From: Deltaproteobacteria bacterium | GTDB taxonomy: Bacteria > Desulfobacterota > Dissulfuribacteria > Dissulfuribacterales > QOAL01 | Direction: 5' to 3' | DNA length: 64,000 nucleotides | Assembly (NCBI GenBank): GCA_024275145.1 | Contig: JAJRZR010000067.1 | Location: 908 to 64,907, forward strand | In this document: piece by piece, positions 29,415 to 39,503 of the stretch | Position numbering within the stretch: the stretch's first letter is position 1 | Layout of the letters: every line of letters starts with the position of its first letter | Position numbers and translations under genes: made by a program | Notes under the pieces: generated by a model | Database searches by the model: none | What the model was told of the DNA's origin: nothing | The model's input: the letters and a program-made list of their open reading frames with translations, nothing else

Positions 29415-32400
29415 ATGATCGGCGTACGACTTTTTCGTCTTTGCTATTGTGTTATCTTGGTCTCTTTCCTCCTGATAGCTGGCAGGGTACAGGCCAATAT
29501 ATTTCATACGGTTTGCAGCAATCAGGAAGGATACGTAGCGGTTGAAATCCTAGATAGGGACCTGATGCACATCCGTTACGGTACTGGAAGAGGGAATTCG
29601 GATATCGAGGTATCACCTATGATCTACAAGAAGGATTACACGGGCACCCGGGTTGAAACCGTGGCCGATACGGGGTCGATAGCCAGGTACAGAACCGATG
29701 AATTCGAGATATCCATAGACAGAAATAGCTTGGGCATCGTTGTCAGAAAACGTCCATCGAATGAAATACTTGCAATGTTCAACCCCAAGAGCCTAGGAAA
29801 AAACAACAAGGTCCTCGAGGTATCCATGCACAACGACGAACATTTTTACGGCCTTGGCGAAAAGGTCCGTGGGGCCTACGACAACTCGATAGACTGGCGC
29901 GGCATGAAAAGGGAGTTTGGACCATTTGGAAATATCATGGAGCCAGGGCTGGGAGGTGCAAACGCCAATATGGACGTGCCTGTGTTGTTCTCCACCAGGG
30001 GATATGCCATCTTCATGGATAATGTATATCGGCATACATGGAACTTCCAGGGAAGCAATCAATGGACGGTCGAGGTGGACGGCGGACCCCTCAGGTTTTA
30101 CGTAATGACCGGCCCTAATCTGGCTGACCTGATAGATGATTACACCGAATTGACTGGCAGGGCCCCAATCCCGCCCAAGACCATGCTGGGACTGTACATG
30201 TCCGAATATGGGTATGACAATTGGAAAGAACTGGATGCCGTCCGTTCGGGGCTTCAAACGGCCCTTGATAATGATCCCTCGAACGACCAGGAGAATTTCC
30301 CACTGGATGGGTTCATACTGGACCTTCAATGGTTTGGCGGGGTACCAGCGGTTCCAGGTGTAAGTCATTCCTCCATGGGACGGCTTACCTGGGATAATGC
30401 CAGATTCCCGAATGCAAGGGCACATATCAAGGAATTAAAGGAAAGATATGGACTCGGCGTAGTGGTCATAGAGGAGGCCTACGTGGATAAGGATCTGCCC
30501 GAGTACAAAGAGCTTGCGGACAGGAATTTCCTGGTCAAGGCCCCCGATGGCAGCCCTTGTTTCATAGACTATAATCCCTGGTGGGGTACCGGTGGCATGA
30601 TCGACTTTACGAACCCTGAGGCCGGGGCATACTGGTTCGAGCAAAAACACGTCCCCTTGATAGAAGACGGGGTTGAGGCATTCTGGACCGATCTTGGAGA
30701 GCCTGAAATGTACAGGTCCGAATGTATATACTACGGCGGTAAAAGACACAAGGACATACACAACATATTCAATCTGCTATGGTCAAAAAGCATTGATGAG
30801 GGATACAGACGTCGTTTCCCTGGCAGACGCCACTTCATCCTGAGCCGTTCAGGCACAGCAGGCAGCCAGCGTTATGGTGTTGGTTTCTGGTCTGGAGACG
30901 TTGGGGCAAACGAACAGGCACTGGTTGCCCAGCTAGGCACCATGATCAACATAGGCATCTCTGGGATGCCGTATTGGGGCACGGACATAAGCGGTTTCCA
31001 CGGCGTGGCAAGCGATGCGCTATATACACGATGGTTTCAGTTCGGGGCCTTTACGTCTATCTTCAGACCTCACAAGGAAAATCTGTGTAATTGCAAACCG
31101 GATTCACCCGCCATCAGAGGAAACAAGGCCAGCAATTTATATTATACAAGGCTCAGATACACCCTGGCTCCTTATATATATACAGCTGCCAGGCAGGCCT
31201 ATGAGACAGGCCTGCCCATCATGAGGGGCCTTGTCCTGCACTATGAACATGACCCCAACGTATATAATGAAGGAAGCGAATTCCTGCTCGGACGTGACCT
31301 GTTGGTGGCGCCTATCCTGAGGGAAAATCGCACGAATAGGGACGTTTACTTACCCAAAGGTGACAATTGGTATGACTTCTATCGAAATATCGAATTCAAC
31401 GGCGGCATGAAACTCAAGAATGCAGGCGGAATCTTCCAGACCGGGCCTTCATGCGCACGGCCCATCTGTGCATATACCATTGATCGTGGGGGTACTGTCC
31501 ACAGGGCGGCATATTCCCAGGGCAAGTTTGATGAACTCCCTCTTTATGTAAGGGCTGGTGCCATCATCCCCATGACCTATACAGACGAAAGAACCATGAA
31601 CTTCAGCGGCCACCGATCAGGTGATGCCAAGACGCCGCCCTTGATATTGAGGATATATCCGGATTACCCAAGGGGGACGGGTGACTACGTCCTTTATGAG
31701 GACGATGGAGTAACCACTGCCTATAAGACCGGGGAATACCGAAAGACACCCATCAAATGTACCGTTGAAAACGGACGTGCCGAAACCACCATTTCAACTG
31801 CACAGGGAACATACAATGGGGCTAAATCCCACAAAATCATTCGGCTCGAACTCATCACAGGGAAAGAGCCCAATGGCGTCTATCTGGGAGGTACCCGCCT
31901 TGACAAAATCCAGGTTGACGACATGCCACATAGGACAGCCGGCTGGTTCTATAAAAAGGATACCTGCCTGCTCTGTATAGATCTGGGAGACGTCTCGATA
32001 GCTAAGGAACACACTGTCAGGGTTAACGGGATTAAACCCTGCAACACCTCGGTTGGTATCAAGGTCCATTACTATGGGACCGGATGGCGCCAGGTCTTCA
32101 TCCATTACAAAGCCAGGAATCAGTCTGGTCTCTGGAAGACGGTCCCCATGACAACCGAGCTGGTAGGTGGATGCCTAGCGGGATGGCGGATAGATCTGCC
32201 TGTAGAGGTAGGACCAGGGATAGATTTTGTATTTACCAACGGCACCAACTGGGACAACAATGGCAAACGGGACTATCACGTGGAAAACATGGGCCAGGTA
32301 TGGGTAAATGCTGCCTCCCATGATGTCTCCATCACGCCACCTCCCTGCCGTTCCACGGTACCCGTACATTTCAGGTGCTATAATGCATGGACCTCCTGGG

Positions 32401-32654
32401 GTCAAAACGTCTACGTGGTAGGAAACACACCACGGCTGGGTAATTGGAATACCGAAAAGGCGATTAAATTAACCCCGGTAACCGATCCCTGGCAGGGCAT
32501 CTGGAAAGGTGAATTGGAAATGGCCCCTGACACCCAGATAGAATGGAAATGCATCATAAAGGATCCCCTGAAATGGCAACCCGGTAAAAACAACCAGGTT
32601 ACCACTCCCCATACCGGTACCACGACCCCGGTCCATACGAACGGAAGATTCTAG
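29415..32654 (+). CDS. Secreted GH31 alpha-glucosidase/transglucosylase with CBM25/26-like and CBM20 modules
   Basis: Signal peptide (..VQA|N); FYGLGE, LDLQWFG, nucleophile WTDLGEPE, acid/base WSGDV, YEDDG; C-terminal FVFTNGTNWDNN and GQNVYVVGN..LGNW. Confidence 0.9.
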   Translation: MIGVRLFRLCYCVILVSFLLIAGRVQANIFHTVCSNQEGYVAVEILDRDLMHIRYGTGRGNSDIEVSPMIYKKDYTGTRVETVADTGSIARYRTDEFEISIDRNSLGIVVRKRPSNEILAMFNPKSLGKNNKVLEVSMHNDEHFYGLGEKVRGAYDNSIDWRGMKREFGPFGNIMEPGLGGANANMDVPVLFSTRGYAIFMDNVYRHTWNFQGSNQWTVEVDGGPLRFYVMTGPNLADLIDDYTELTGRAPIPPKTMLGLYMSEYGYDNWKELDAVRSGLQTALDNDPSNDQENFPLDGFILDLQWFGGVPAVPGVSHSSMGRLTWDNARFPNARAHIKELKERYGLGVVVIEEAYVDKDLPEYKELADRNFLVKAPDGSPCFIDYNPWWGTGGMIDFTNPEAGAYWFEQKHVPLIEDGVEAFWTDLGEPEMYRSECIYYGGKRHKDIHNIFNLLWSKSIDEGYRRRFPGRRHFILSRSGTAGSQRYGVGFWSGDVGANEQALVAQLGTMINIGISGMPYWGTDISGFHGVASDALYTRWFQFGAFTSIFRPHKENLCNCKPDSPAIRGNKASNLYYTRLRYTLAPYIYTAARQAYETGLPIMRGLVLHYEHDPNVYNEGSEFLLGRDLLVAPILRENRTNRDVYLPKGDNWYDFYRNIEFNGGMKLKNAGGIFQTGPSCARPICAYTIDRGGTVHRAAYSQGKFDELPLYVRAGAIIPMTYTDERTMNFSGHRSGDAKTPPLILRIYPDYPRGTGDYVLYEDDGVTTAYKTGEYRKTPIKCTVENGRAETTISTAQGTYNGAKSHKIIRLELITGKEPNGVYLGGTRLDKIQVDDMPHRTAGWFYKKDTCLLCIDLGDVSIAKEHTVRVNGIKPCNTSVGIKVHYYGTGWRQVFIHYKARNQSGLWKTVPMTTELVGGCLAGWRIDLPVEVGPGIDFVFTNGTNWDNNGKRDYHVENMGQVWVNAASHDVSITPPPCRSTVPVHFRCYNAWTSWGQNVYVVGNTPRLGNWNTEKAIKLTPVTDPWQGIWKGELEMAPDTQIEWKCIIKDPLKWQPGKNNQVTTPHTGTTTPVHTNGRF

Positions 32655-32971
32655 TCCCAAACCCTCAGGGAATCCATGCATCCGAAGCCGCATTCCCGTT
32701 CAAACCATCCCAAAAAAACAAAGGTAACAGGCTACACTTGGCACCGAGATAGGACTTTCATACGGTCCTCCAACCACGTCCCGGACATAAACAATACGGC
32801 CCTGATAGAGGTACATTCTTGCGTCAAATCATACGTAACAAGGCACCCGGTGATACCACCACAATATTCTAATGAGATCCTCGTGATGGGGCCATTGTAA
32901 TGATTCTGTAAGTGATGAAGAAATCGCCAGCCAGTCAACCTTCAAATCAACCTTCAAAGGGAGAACGAGCC

Positions 32972-33640
32972 ATGAAGAAATCTTTATTGATAACCTGCAC
33001 CACGGCCATGTTTATGCTTGTTGCAGTTGCCCGCACACCCGCTGCAACCTATACGCTATATAATGATTTCACAGGCTTTCAAAGTGCCCTTGGAGGTGCT
33101 TCATATACCATGGAGGACTTTGAGGGATATAGCGACGGTGACAACCTGAACGGCGTCGAGTTCTTGCCAGGTGTCAAGGTTACATCCAACATGGCAAATG
33201 TCGAGGCCTGGCAAAAATCGGGATCGGATACGAATCTGTTCGCCTATGATGCCAGTACGAGACAGGGAGGCAATGCCTATTATCAGATTGATATTTCAAA
33301 AGATTACGATGCGGTTTGTTTAGACATCGATGCGTGGCATCCGCAATCCACTGCCGGACAGATGGATGTATTCTTTAAGGACTCTTCATCGACCAATATA
33401 TCGTTGAGCCAGACGGGAGGAAGCGAGAGTGATCCTGTATTCTTTGGGATCATAGCAAGCCAGCCTATTGAAAGAATTGTCTGGAATGAGCCATTAGAGA
33501 ATGGGGGCCCTGGAAACGAAGAAACCGCGCTCGACAATATCGTCGTTAGCAACGCCGTGCCCATTCCAGGGGCCGTCTGGTTATTGGCCTCTGGATTGGC
33601 AGGCCTTGCAGGGTTCAGCAAAAGATCCAGAAGGGGATAA
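32972..33640 (+). CDS. VPLPA-type PEP-CTERM sorting-domain surface protein
   Basis: Signal peptide, acidic Ser/Asp/Gly-rich body, C-terminus VPIPGAVWLLASGLAGLAGF-SKRSRR. Confidence 0.9.
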   Translation: MKKSLLITCTTAMFMLVAVARTPAATYTLYNDFTGFQSALGGASYTMEDFEGYSDGDNLNGVEFLPGVKVTSNMANVEAWQKSGSDTNLFAYDASTRQGGNAYYQIDISKDYDAVCLDIDAWHPQSTAGQMDVFFKDSSSTNISLSQTGGSESDPVFFGIIASQPIERIVWNEPLENGGPGNEETALDNIVVSNAVPIPGAVWLLASGLAGLAGFSKRSRRG

Positions 33641-33682
33641 GGGCGACTTCTTTCCTGTCAAAAGACACGGGAAGCCAGATGC

Positions 33683-34495
33683 CTATCCGTGATGATCGTG
33701 CTTGTGGACGTGGGGATGACGATGTACATCCCCTCCATGGAAATGCCGGTGAACGTGGATCAGGTTGGCCCGCGCCAGCAAATCGTTATTCCCCAGTATC
33801 TCATCAGGGCTACCTTGAGCGGCCATGCGGTGGTCTTCACCAAGTACATATATCCTCTGGGCCACTATCTGTGCTACTTCCAGTTCATGGATGGCCAATA
33901 CCAGGGTCTTACCCCTGTCTGCCAGAGAGAGTAAAAAATCTATTACCCATCCCTGGGTACGTGGGTCGAGGTTCGCCGTTGGTTCATCCATGAGCCAGAC
34001 CTGCGGGTCAAGGGAAAGCAAGGAAGCCAATGCCACCTTTTTTTTCTCCCCCTCGCTCAACTGGTAGGGGGCACGCTCCTTCAGATGCTGAATACCCAGG
34101 GTTTCCAAGGCATCTTCCACCCGTTCCTTTATTTCTCTCTCAGGAAGCCCAAGCTGCAAAGGCGCAAAGGCAACCTCATTCCACACAGTTGGGGAAAAAA
34201 GCTGGACATCCGGGTCCTGGAAGAGCAATCCCACCTTGCGACGGAAGGAAAAGGCAAACTCTTCGTTTCTAAACTGCCTTTCCGTAAGAGCAACACCAAA
34301 GGCCCTGCATTCGCCAGTGGTAGGGAAATAGAGCCCATCCATTATCTTTATGAGGGTCGATTTACCAGAGCCATTCACACCAAGTATGACTACCCTCTCA
34401 CCCGGCATTACCTGTAGGCTGATATTGTCAAGGGCTACAAGACCGTCCATGTAGCTGTAGCCCGTATTTTCTAACTCGAATACAGGTTCGCTCAT
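33683..34495 (-). CDS. cbiO: ECF Co/Ni transporter ATPase CbiO/NikO
   Basis: GVNGSGKST, FQDPDVQLF, LSEGEKK, MDEPTANLD; His-rich tail. Confidence 0.9.
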   Translation of the reverse strand: MSEPVFELENTGYSYMDGLVALDNISLQVMPGERVVILGVNGSGKSTLIKIMDGLYFPTTGECRAFGVALTERQFRNEEFAFSFRRKVGLLFQDPDVQLFSPTVWNEVAFAPLQLGLPEREIKERVEDALETLGIQHLKERAPYQLSEGEKKKVALASLLSLDPQVWLMDEPTANLDPRTQGWVIDFLLSLADRGKTLVLAIHELEVAQIVAQRIYVLGEDHRMAAQGSPDEILGNNDLLARANLIHVHRHFHGGDVHRHPHVHKHDHHG

Positions 34496-35373
34496 CCAAT
34501 GCCCTTTTCTGAAAACACAATGGCAACGAGGATCAAGAGGGAAAAAGCCGCCCAGAGCGCATCCAGCCAGCCAGCGTGCAGCTCCTCAAGGACCCTGGCC
34601 CTACCATTCCATCCACGTGACAGCATGGCTAGGTACACCTCATTACCAAGATTATATGACCTGTTCAACAAAAATGCGGTCCCACCAGCTATCCATCGCC
34701 GTTTTTCCCTGGCTGGTGTATGCCCAACGGTCCGGCTCCTGCGTGCGAGGAACATCTCCTCTGCAACCCTCAGAAACAGGAAGATGTACCTGTAGGTCAT
34801 GGCCAACATCAATATACCCATCCTGGGGAACCGAAATGCAGAAAGGGCGCTCAACAGACGCATCCACTCGGTGGTAATCACAAGGAGGACCGCAAGGGAG
34901 ACCGAGTCGGCCACCCTGATTACAAAGATGGCCGCCCCCTTGAGCCCTTGTTCCGTAACCGTAATCTCTGCAGGAATATGCACCAGGCCCAGGAGGGATA
35001 TCGGGTCGGGAAAACGAAAGACGGTGAATACCGGCCTACCCGGTGTAATGACATTGAAGATGGCAGGGACCGCTATGATACCTGCAAATATGGGGATGAA
35101 AAACCAGACCCGCTTCAGGAAAAATCCAAGTGGCACCCGTGAAATAATGGCAAGAAAGAGGGAAAACGCATAGAGACCCATGAGGGTCTCTATGCGATGG
35201 GCCATGGCCGCACCGATCAGGAACACCATGAGCGTTACGAGCTTAACCCTTGGATCAACACGTTGCAAAAGACCTGGAAGCCTGGCATAGCGATGGGTAA
35301 AGACCGCCCTTTGCAGGGCCTCGGTCAGCTCGGCCAGGGTCCGTGCTACAAAATCCTTTCTATAAAAAAACAA
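34492..35373 (-). CDS. cbiQ: ECF Co/Ni transporter T component CbiQ/NikQ
   Basis: DPRVKL, TYRYIF, ARRSR, AMLSRG. Confidence 0.9.
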   Translation of the reverse strand: MFFYRKDFVARTLAELTEALQRAVFTHRYARLPGLLQRVDPRVKLVTLMVFLIGAAMAHRIETLMGLYAFSLFLAIISRVPLGFFLKRVWFFIPIFAGIIAVPAIFNVITPGRPVFTVFRFPDPISLLGLVHIPAEITVTEQGLKGAAIFVIRVADSVSLAVLLVITTEWMRLLSALSAFRFPRMGILMLAMTYRYIFLFLRVAEEMFLARRSRTVGHTPAREKRRWIAGGTAFLLNRSYNLGNEVYLAMLSRGWNGRARVLEELHAGWLDALWAAFSLLILVAIVFSEKGIG

Positions 35374-35380
35374 GTTATTT

Positions 35381-35689
35381 CTATTTTCTGGCGAGTATCC
35401 GCCCCATAAACCAGGTTACCAAGGCGATTATGGCCATACCGCTGACCGCAGCCACTATATAACCAGGCACATCGCCCATACCTGGGATGGTGTAATCAGG
35501 CAAAGGGGCATTCCACGTCTCTGCAAACCGCTTGAGACCTTCAGGTACGTATCCCAGGAGCTGATTGAATTCATCGGCCCCCCACTCACCCCATGCACTT
35601 CCAGATGCAATCAGGCCTATTGGGGATAGAAGGGCAAGGACACCAAGACCTATCCACAGTCCCATCCACGAACCCCTGTTCTCGCTCAT
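35381..35689 (-). CDS. NikN-like (PDGLE-type) auxiliary membrane protein
   Basis: LSPIG, AWGEWG, APLPDY; two TM segments; ATGA overlap with the M gene. Confidence 0.85.
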   Translation of the reverse strand: MSENRGSWMGLWIGLGVLALLSPIGLIASGSAWGEWGADEFNQLLGYVPEGLKRFAETWNAPLPDYTIPGMGDVPGYIVAAVSGMAIIALVTWFMGRILARK

Positions 35690-36381
35690 GCCGTCACCTC
35701 CTTTTTAAAACTGTTCTTTACCGGCAAGGGTGCCGATTTTCTGACAAAGGCCAGAACCGCATCGGTTACCACGGCCTCTGCCACACCTGCCATGGTGAGG
35801 TGGGCGAGCAACATGGCCGGTATCGCCTGGGAAAGCCCATATGGACAATAAAGAGGTGTGCCGTTTGCCGTGTGAAACAACAGGGGCTGTATTCCAAGTT
35901 CTACTCCGGTACACAGAGCAGCGGCATTGATACCCACGTAACTTCCGAGCGCAGCACCGATCCACTGTCGCTTGGAACCCGATGGAGCGCTTCCACTTAT
36001 CAGGCGGTATACATAATAACCAACGAAGGGAAGCACGATGGCCATGTTGAAACAATTGGCACCAAGGGCCAGGATACCGCCATCACCGAAAAACACCGAC
36101 TGGACCAGAAGCACGATGGATATACCCATAACCGCAGCCCAGGGGCCCAACACGATGGCCATGAGGGTCCCGCCTACCGCGTGGGCAGTGGTCCCCCCTG
36201 GGACGGGGATATTGAACATCATGATAACGAACGAAAAGGCCGATAAAATGGAAAGAAGTGGCACCATTCTGGCGGTAAGGGTTTCTTTAACCTTCTTGAC
36301 AGCCACGAACCAAAATGGAGCACTAGCGGCGTACATGACGGCGCACGTCGAAGGGCTCAAGTACCCGTCGGGAATATGCAT
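35686..36381 (-). CDS. cbiM: ECF Co/Ni S component CbiM/NikM
   Basis: N-terminal MHIPDG, GGTTAH, FGDGG; GAGGAGGAG RBS. Confidence 0.93.
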   Translation of the reverse strand: MHIPDGYLSPSTCAVMYAASAPFWFVAVKKVKETLTARMVPLLSILSAFSFVIMMFNIPVPGGTTAHAVGGTLMAIVLGPWAAVMGISIVLLVQSVFFGDGGILALGANCFNMAIVLPFVGYYVYRLISGSAPSGSKRQWIGAALGSYVGINAAALCTGVELGIQPLLFHTANGTPLYCPYGLSQAIPAMLLAHLTMAGVAEAVVTDAVLAFVRKSAPLPVKNSFKKEVTA

Positions 36382-36533
36382 CTTTTCTCCTCCTCTAAAA
36401 GTCTTTCAAATCGGTCCGCTCGTGGCAAGACCGCCTCTCACTCCAAAACCTTCATACGAATCGGAAGCCTTTCATGTTTCGACAACAACCCCGTGATTCC
36501 GCCACACCGGGAATGTATCTTACATGGTGAGCT

Positions 36534-36562
36534 ACCTTAACGCCAAAGCAACCTATCGTCAA
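36534..36562 (-). promoter_or_regulatory. Putative sigma70 promoter for the MNQO operon
   Basis: Minus strand TTGACG-17 nt-TAAGGT with an A-tract upstream. Confidence 0.45.
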
Positions 36563-36604
36563 TATTTTATTTTTGTGTTACGCCTGGAAATACAGCCACT
36601 TCTG

Positions 36605-37975
36605 TTATATTTCCTCTTTGAGCGCGCTTGATATCTTTACGAGCATCTCCTTTGCATCCCCGAATATCATCATGGTCTTTGAATCATAAAAAAGCTCGTT
36701 GTCCACCCCGGCAAAACCAGGGCTCAAACTGCGTTTTATAATGATTATGGAGCGGGCCTTATCCACATCAAGGATCGGCATACCCGAAAGGGGATTTCCC
36801 TTTTCCCGGGCCGCTGGATTTATCACATCGTTTGCGCCGACTACGAGTACCACGTCGGTATTCTGGAATTCATCGTTTATCTCATCCAGGTCCTTGAGCA
36901 TATCATAGGGGACATTGGCCTCCGCCAGGAGTACATTCATGTGCCCAGGCATCCTGCCTGCAACCGGATGGATGGCGTAGCTGACCCCCACACCTGCCTT
37001 CCTCAACAGTTCAGCCGCCTCTTGAAGGGCGTATTGTCCCTGGGCAACGGCAAGGCCGTATCCAGGCACGATTATGACAGATTGTGCATTCTAGAGCATC
37101 ATGGCAGCGTCCAGTGGGGTATAACGGGTTACGTTGCGCATGGCAGTACCGGCGACCGGCCCTGCTTCATGGCCTACTGCCCCGAACAGTACGTTTGTCA
37201 GGGAACGGTTCATCGCCTTGCACATGAGGTCTGTCAGGATGAGTCCCGATGCACCTACAAGGGCCCCACTCACTATAAGGACATAGTTATTGATAACAAA
37301 ACCCGACGCTGCAGCGGCGAGCCCGGAGTAGGAATTCAAAAGCGCTATGACCACCGGCATATCGGCCCCCCCGATGGGTAACACCATGGTTATACCCACG
37401 ATGCCAGAAACAAGCACGATCACAGCCAACACGGCAAGACCATGGTTTGTAGGGTCAAGCACAAAAAATATGCCTGCACCCAATACAAACAGATGTAACA
37501 GGGCATTGAGGATCTTATGGCCAGGGAATACAACTGGCGCCCCGGGCACCAGGCCCTGAAGCTTACCAAAGGCCATCATGCTTCCCACAAAGGTCAACAT
37601 ACCTATAAAAAGGCTAAGGACTATGGTGACCGTGGTGGCAGGATCGGTGAATCCTGGAAAGCGTATGAACTGGGCATAGACTACCAGGGCCGAGGCAGCC
37701 CCACCAAAGGCGTTGAAAACCGCTACCATCTGGGGCATCGCCGTCATCTTTACCCTTCTTGCCGCCACAGCGCCTATAAGACCCCCAATAATTATTCCTG
37801 CAACAATATAGGTATAATCAACGATCTGCTTTTCAAACAGGGTCACCACCACGGCAATGAACATGCCTGCCATGCTCAAGAGGTTCCCCCGTCGGGCCGT
37901 CCTGGGAGAACTCAAGAACTTAAGCCCCAGTATGAAACAGCATATTGACAACAGATAAAACAGGTTTATTAACAT
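36605..37975 (-). pseudogene. pntB: NAD(P) transhydrogenase beta subunit interrupted by one in-frame TAG (37091-37093)
   Basis: Same frame across the stop: DAAMML*NAQSVIIVPGYG. GGADMPVV, AMNRS, HPVAGRMPGHMNVLLAEA, GANDVINPAA and KRS are all intact. Confidence 0.9.
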
Positions 37976-37980
37976 GAGCG

Positions 37981-38271
37981 CTAGTGCCTCTCTTCCTTCT
38001 TGAACATCTCAAGCATCCTGTCCGTTACCATGAACCCCCCAACGACATTGATGGTTGCAAACACTATGGCAGCGAACCCGAAGAAGGTTGCAAGTCCACC
38101 CCGGCCAGCGCCTGCACTTATAAGGGCCCCCACCAACGTGATGCCGGAGACGGCGTTGGCCCCTGACATCAGGGGTGTATGAAGAAGCGGAGGAACACGG
38201 GTTATGAGTTCGAACCCGGCGAATATGGCCAACACGAAGATATAAATAGAAACAATAAGCTCACCGGTCAT
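37981..38271 (-). CDS. pntA: NAD(P) transhydrogenase alpha subunit part 2
   Basis: VPPLLHTPLMSGANAVSG, NVVGGFMVTDRMLEMF. Confidence 0.93.
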   Translation of the reverse strand: MTGELIVSIYIFVLAIFAGFELITRVPPLLHTPLMSGANAVSGITLVGALISAGAGRGGLATFFGFAAIVFATINVVGGFMVTDRMLEMFKKEERH

Positions 38272-39436
38272 TTTTTCCCTCCAGGTAGTGTTTGACTGTC
38301 TCGCTGACGACCTCACCCTTATAGGTCACCAACGCATTGGCGTTTATTTCGTCTTCAAGATCCACAGAATCGTCTTCCCCGTGATACAGGTTATTGAAGG
38401 CGTTCAATATATTTTTTGAGTACATGAGGCTTGCATCAAAGGGGAGTTGTGAAGGCAGGTTTACCGGGCCGTGTACGATTACCCCATTCCTTTCCACCGT
38501 CTCCCCTGCCACTGTAAGCTGGCAGTTGCCTCCCTGCTCAGCCGCCAGATCTACGATTACGGACCCCGGCCTCATACGACTGACCATCTGCTCTGTGATA
38601 AGCAACGGCGCCTTCTTCCCATATACAAGGGCAGTGGTAATTACTACATCGGTACGGTGAAGCCTTGCCTCAATGGCCTCCATCTCCCTCCTTATAAATT
38701 CCTCCGGGGCCTCCTTGGCATATCCATATCTGGTCTCCATGTCCTCGGGAAGCTCCATTTCCACAAATCGTGCTCCAAGGCTTTCCACCTGCTCCCTTAC
38801 CACCGGACGGGTATCGAAGGCCTCCACCTTTGCCCCCATCCGGTGAGAAACCGCAATGGCCTGGAGGCCTGCCACCCCTGCGCCTATCACCAGTACGTTT
38901 GCTGGTTGGATGGTGCCGGCGGCTGTCATTAGAAGGGGGAAAAACTTGCCAAGAAAACCGGCTGCAAGCAATACCGCCCTGTATCCCATTACGGTGCTGA
39001 AACTACTTAGGGCATCCATGCCCTGGGCGCGGGATATCCGTGGAATCAGTTCCATGGCAAAACCGGTCAGTCTACGTTTCCTCAGTTTTTCAACGACACT
39101 GGCATCCGAGATAGGGGATAAGAAGCCTATTACAGTGGCGCCTTCTTTCATCATATCAAGCTCATAATTATTAAGCTCATCATTATGGCGCGGCGGATAT
39201 ATCTTTAACACGACGTCGGCGACCGAATATACATCGTTTGCACCGTCCATGATCCTGGCACCTGCGGCTTCGTATTCTTCATCCAGATAAAAGGCATCGG
39301 AACCGGCACCCTTTTGAACGAGCACCGTATGTCCCCCCGAGGTCAATTGCTTGACAGTCTGGGGAATAACCGCCACGCACCGGCAACCTTCCTGAATCTC
39401 CTTGGGAATAGCAATTACCAGATCCTTCTTTTTCAA
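38261..39436 (-). CDS. pntA: NAD(P) transhydrogenase alpha subunit part 1
   Basis: IPKE, PRISRAQGMDALSS, GAGVAGLQA, DLAAEQGGNC; AGGAGG before TTG. Confidence 0.93.
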   Translation of the reverse strand: MKKKDLVIAIPKEIQEGCRCVAVIPQTVKQLTSGGHTVLVQKGAGSDAFYLDEEYEAAGARIMDGANDVYSVADVVLKIYPPRHNDELNNYELDMMKEGATVIGFLSPISDASVVEKLRKRRLTGFAMELIPRISRAQGMDALSSFSTVMGYRAVLLAAGFLGKFFPLLMTAAGTIQPANVLVIGAGVAGLQAIAVSHRMGAKVEAFDTRPVVREQVESLGARFVEMELPEDMETRYGYAKEAPEEFIRREMEAIEARLHRTDVVITTALVYGKKAPLLITEQMVSRMRPGSVIVDLAAEQGGNCQLTVAGETVERNGVIVHGPVNLPSQLPFDASLMYSKNILNAFNNLYHGEDDSVDLEDEINANALVTYKGEVVSETVKHYLEGKNDR

Positions 39437-39503
39437 AAAAACCTCCTTGCTGTCTGCCTGCTCGTTCCCTGGGCGATACCCGGCCTGTCTGTCGTCCAGG
39501 TCT

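Noticed and set aside
32739-32755. Sigma54 promoter for the PEP-CTERM gene (TTGGCACCGAGATAGG)
   Set aside because: The -24 box is good but the -12 reads GG rather than GC. A similar site at 29375-29389 is also too weak to call.
36605-37069. Independent 154-aa pntB domain III gene
   Set aside because: Would begin mid beta-strand without an RBS, and is in frame with the upstream pntB part.
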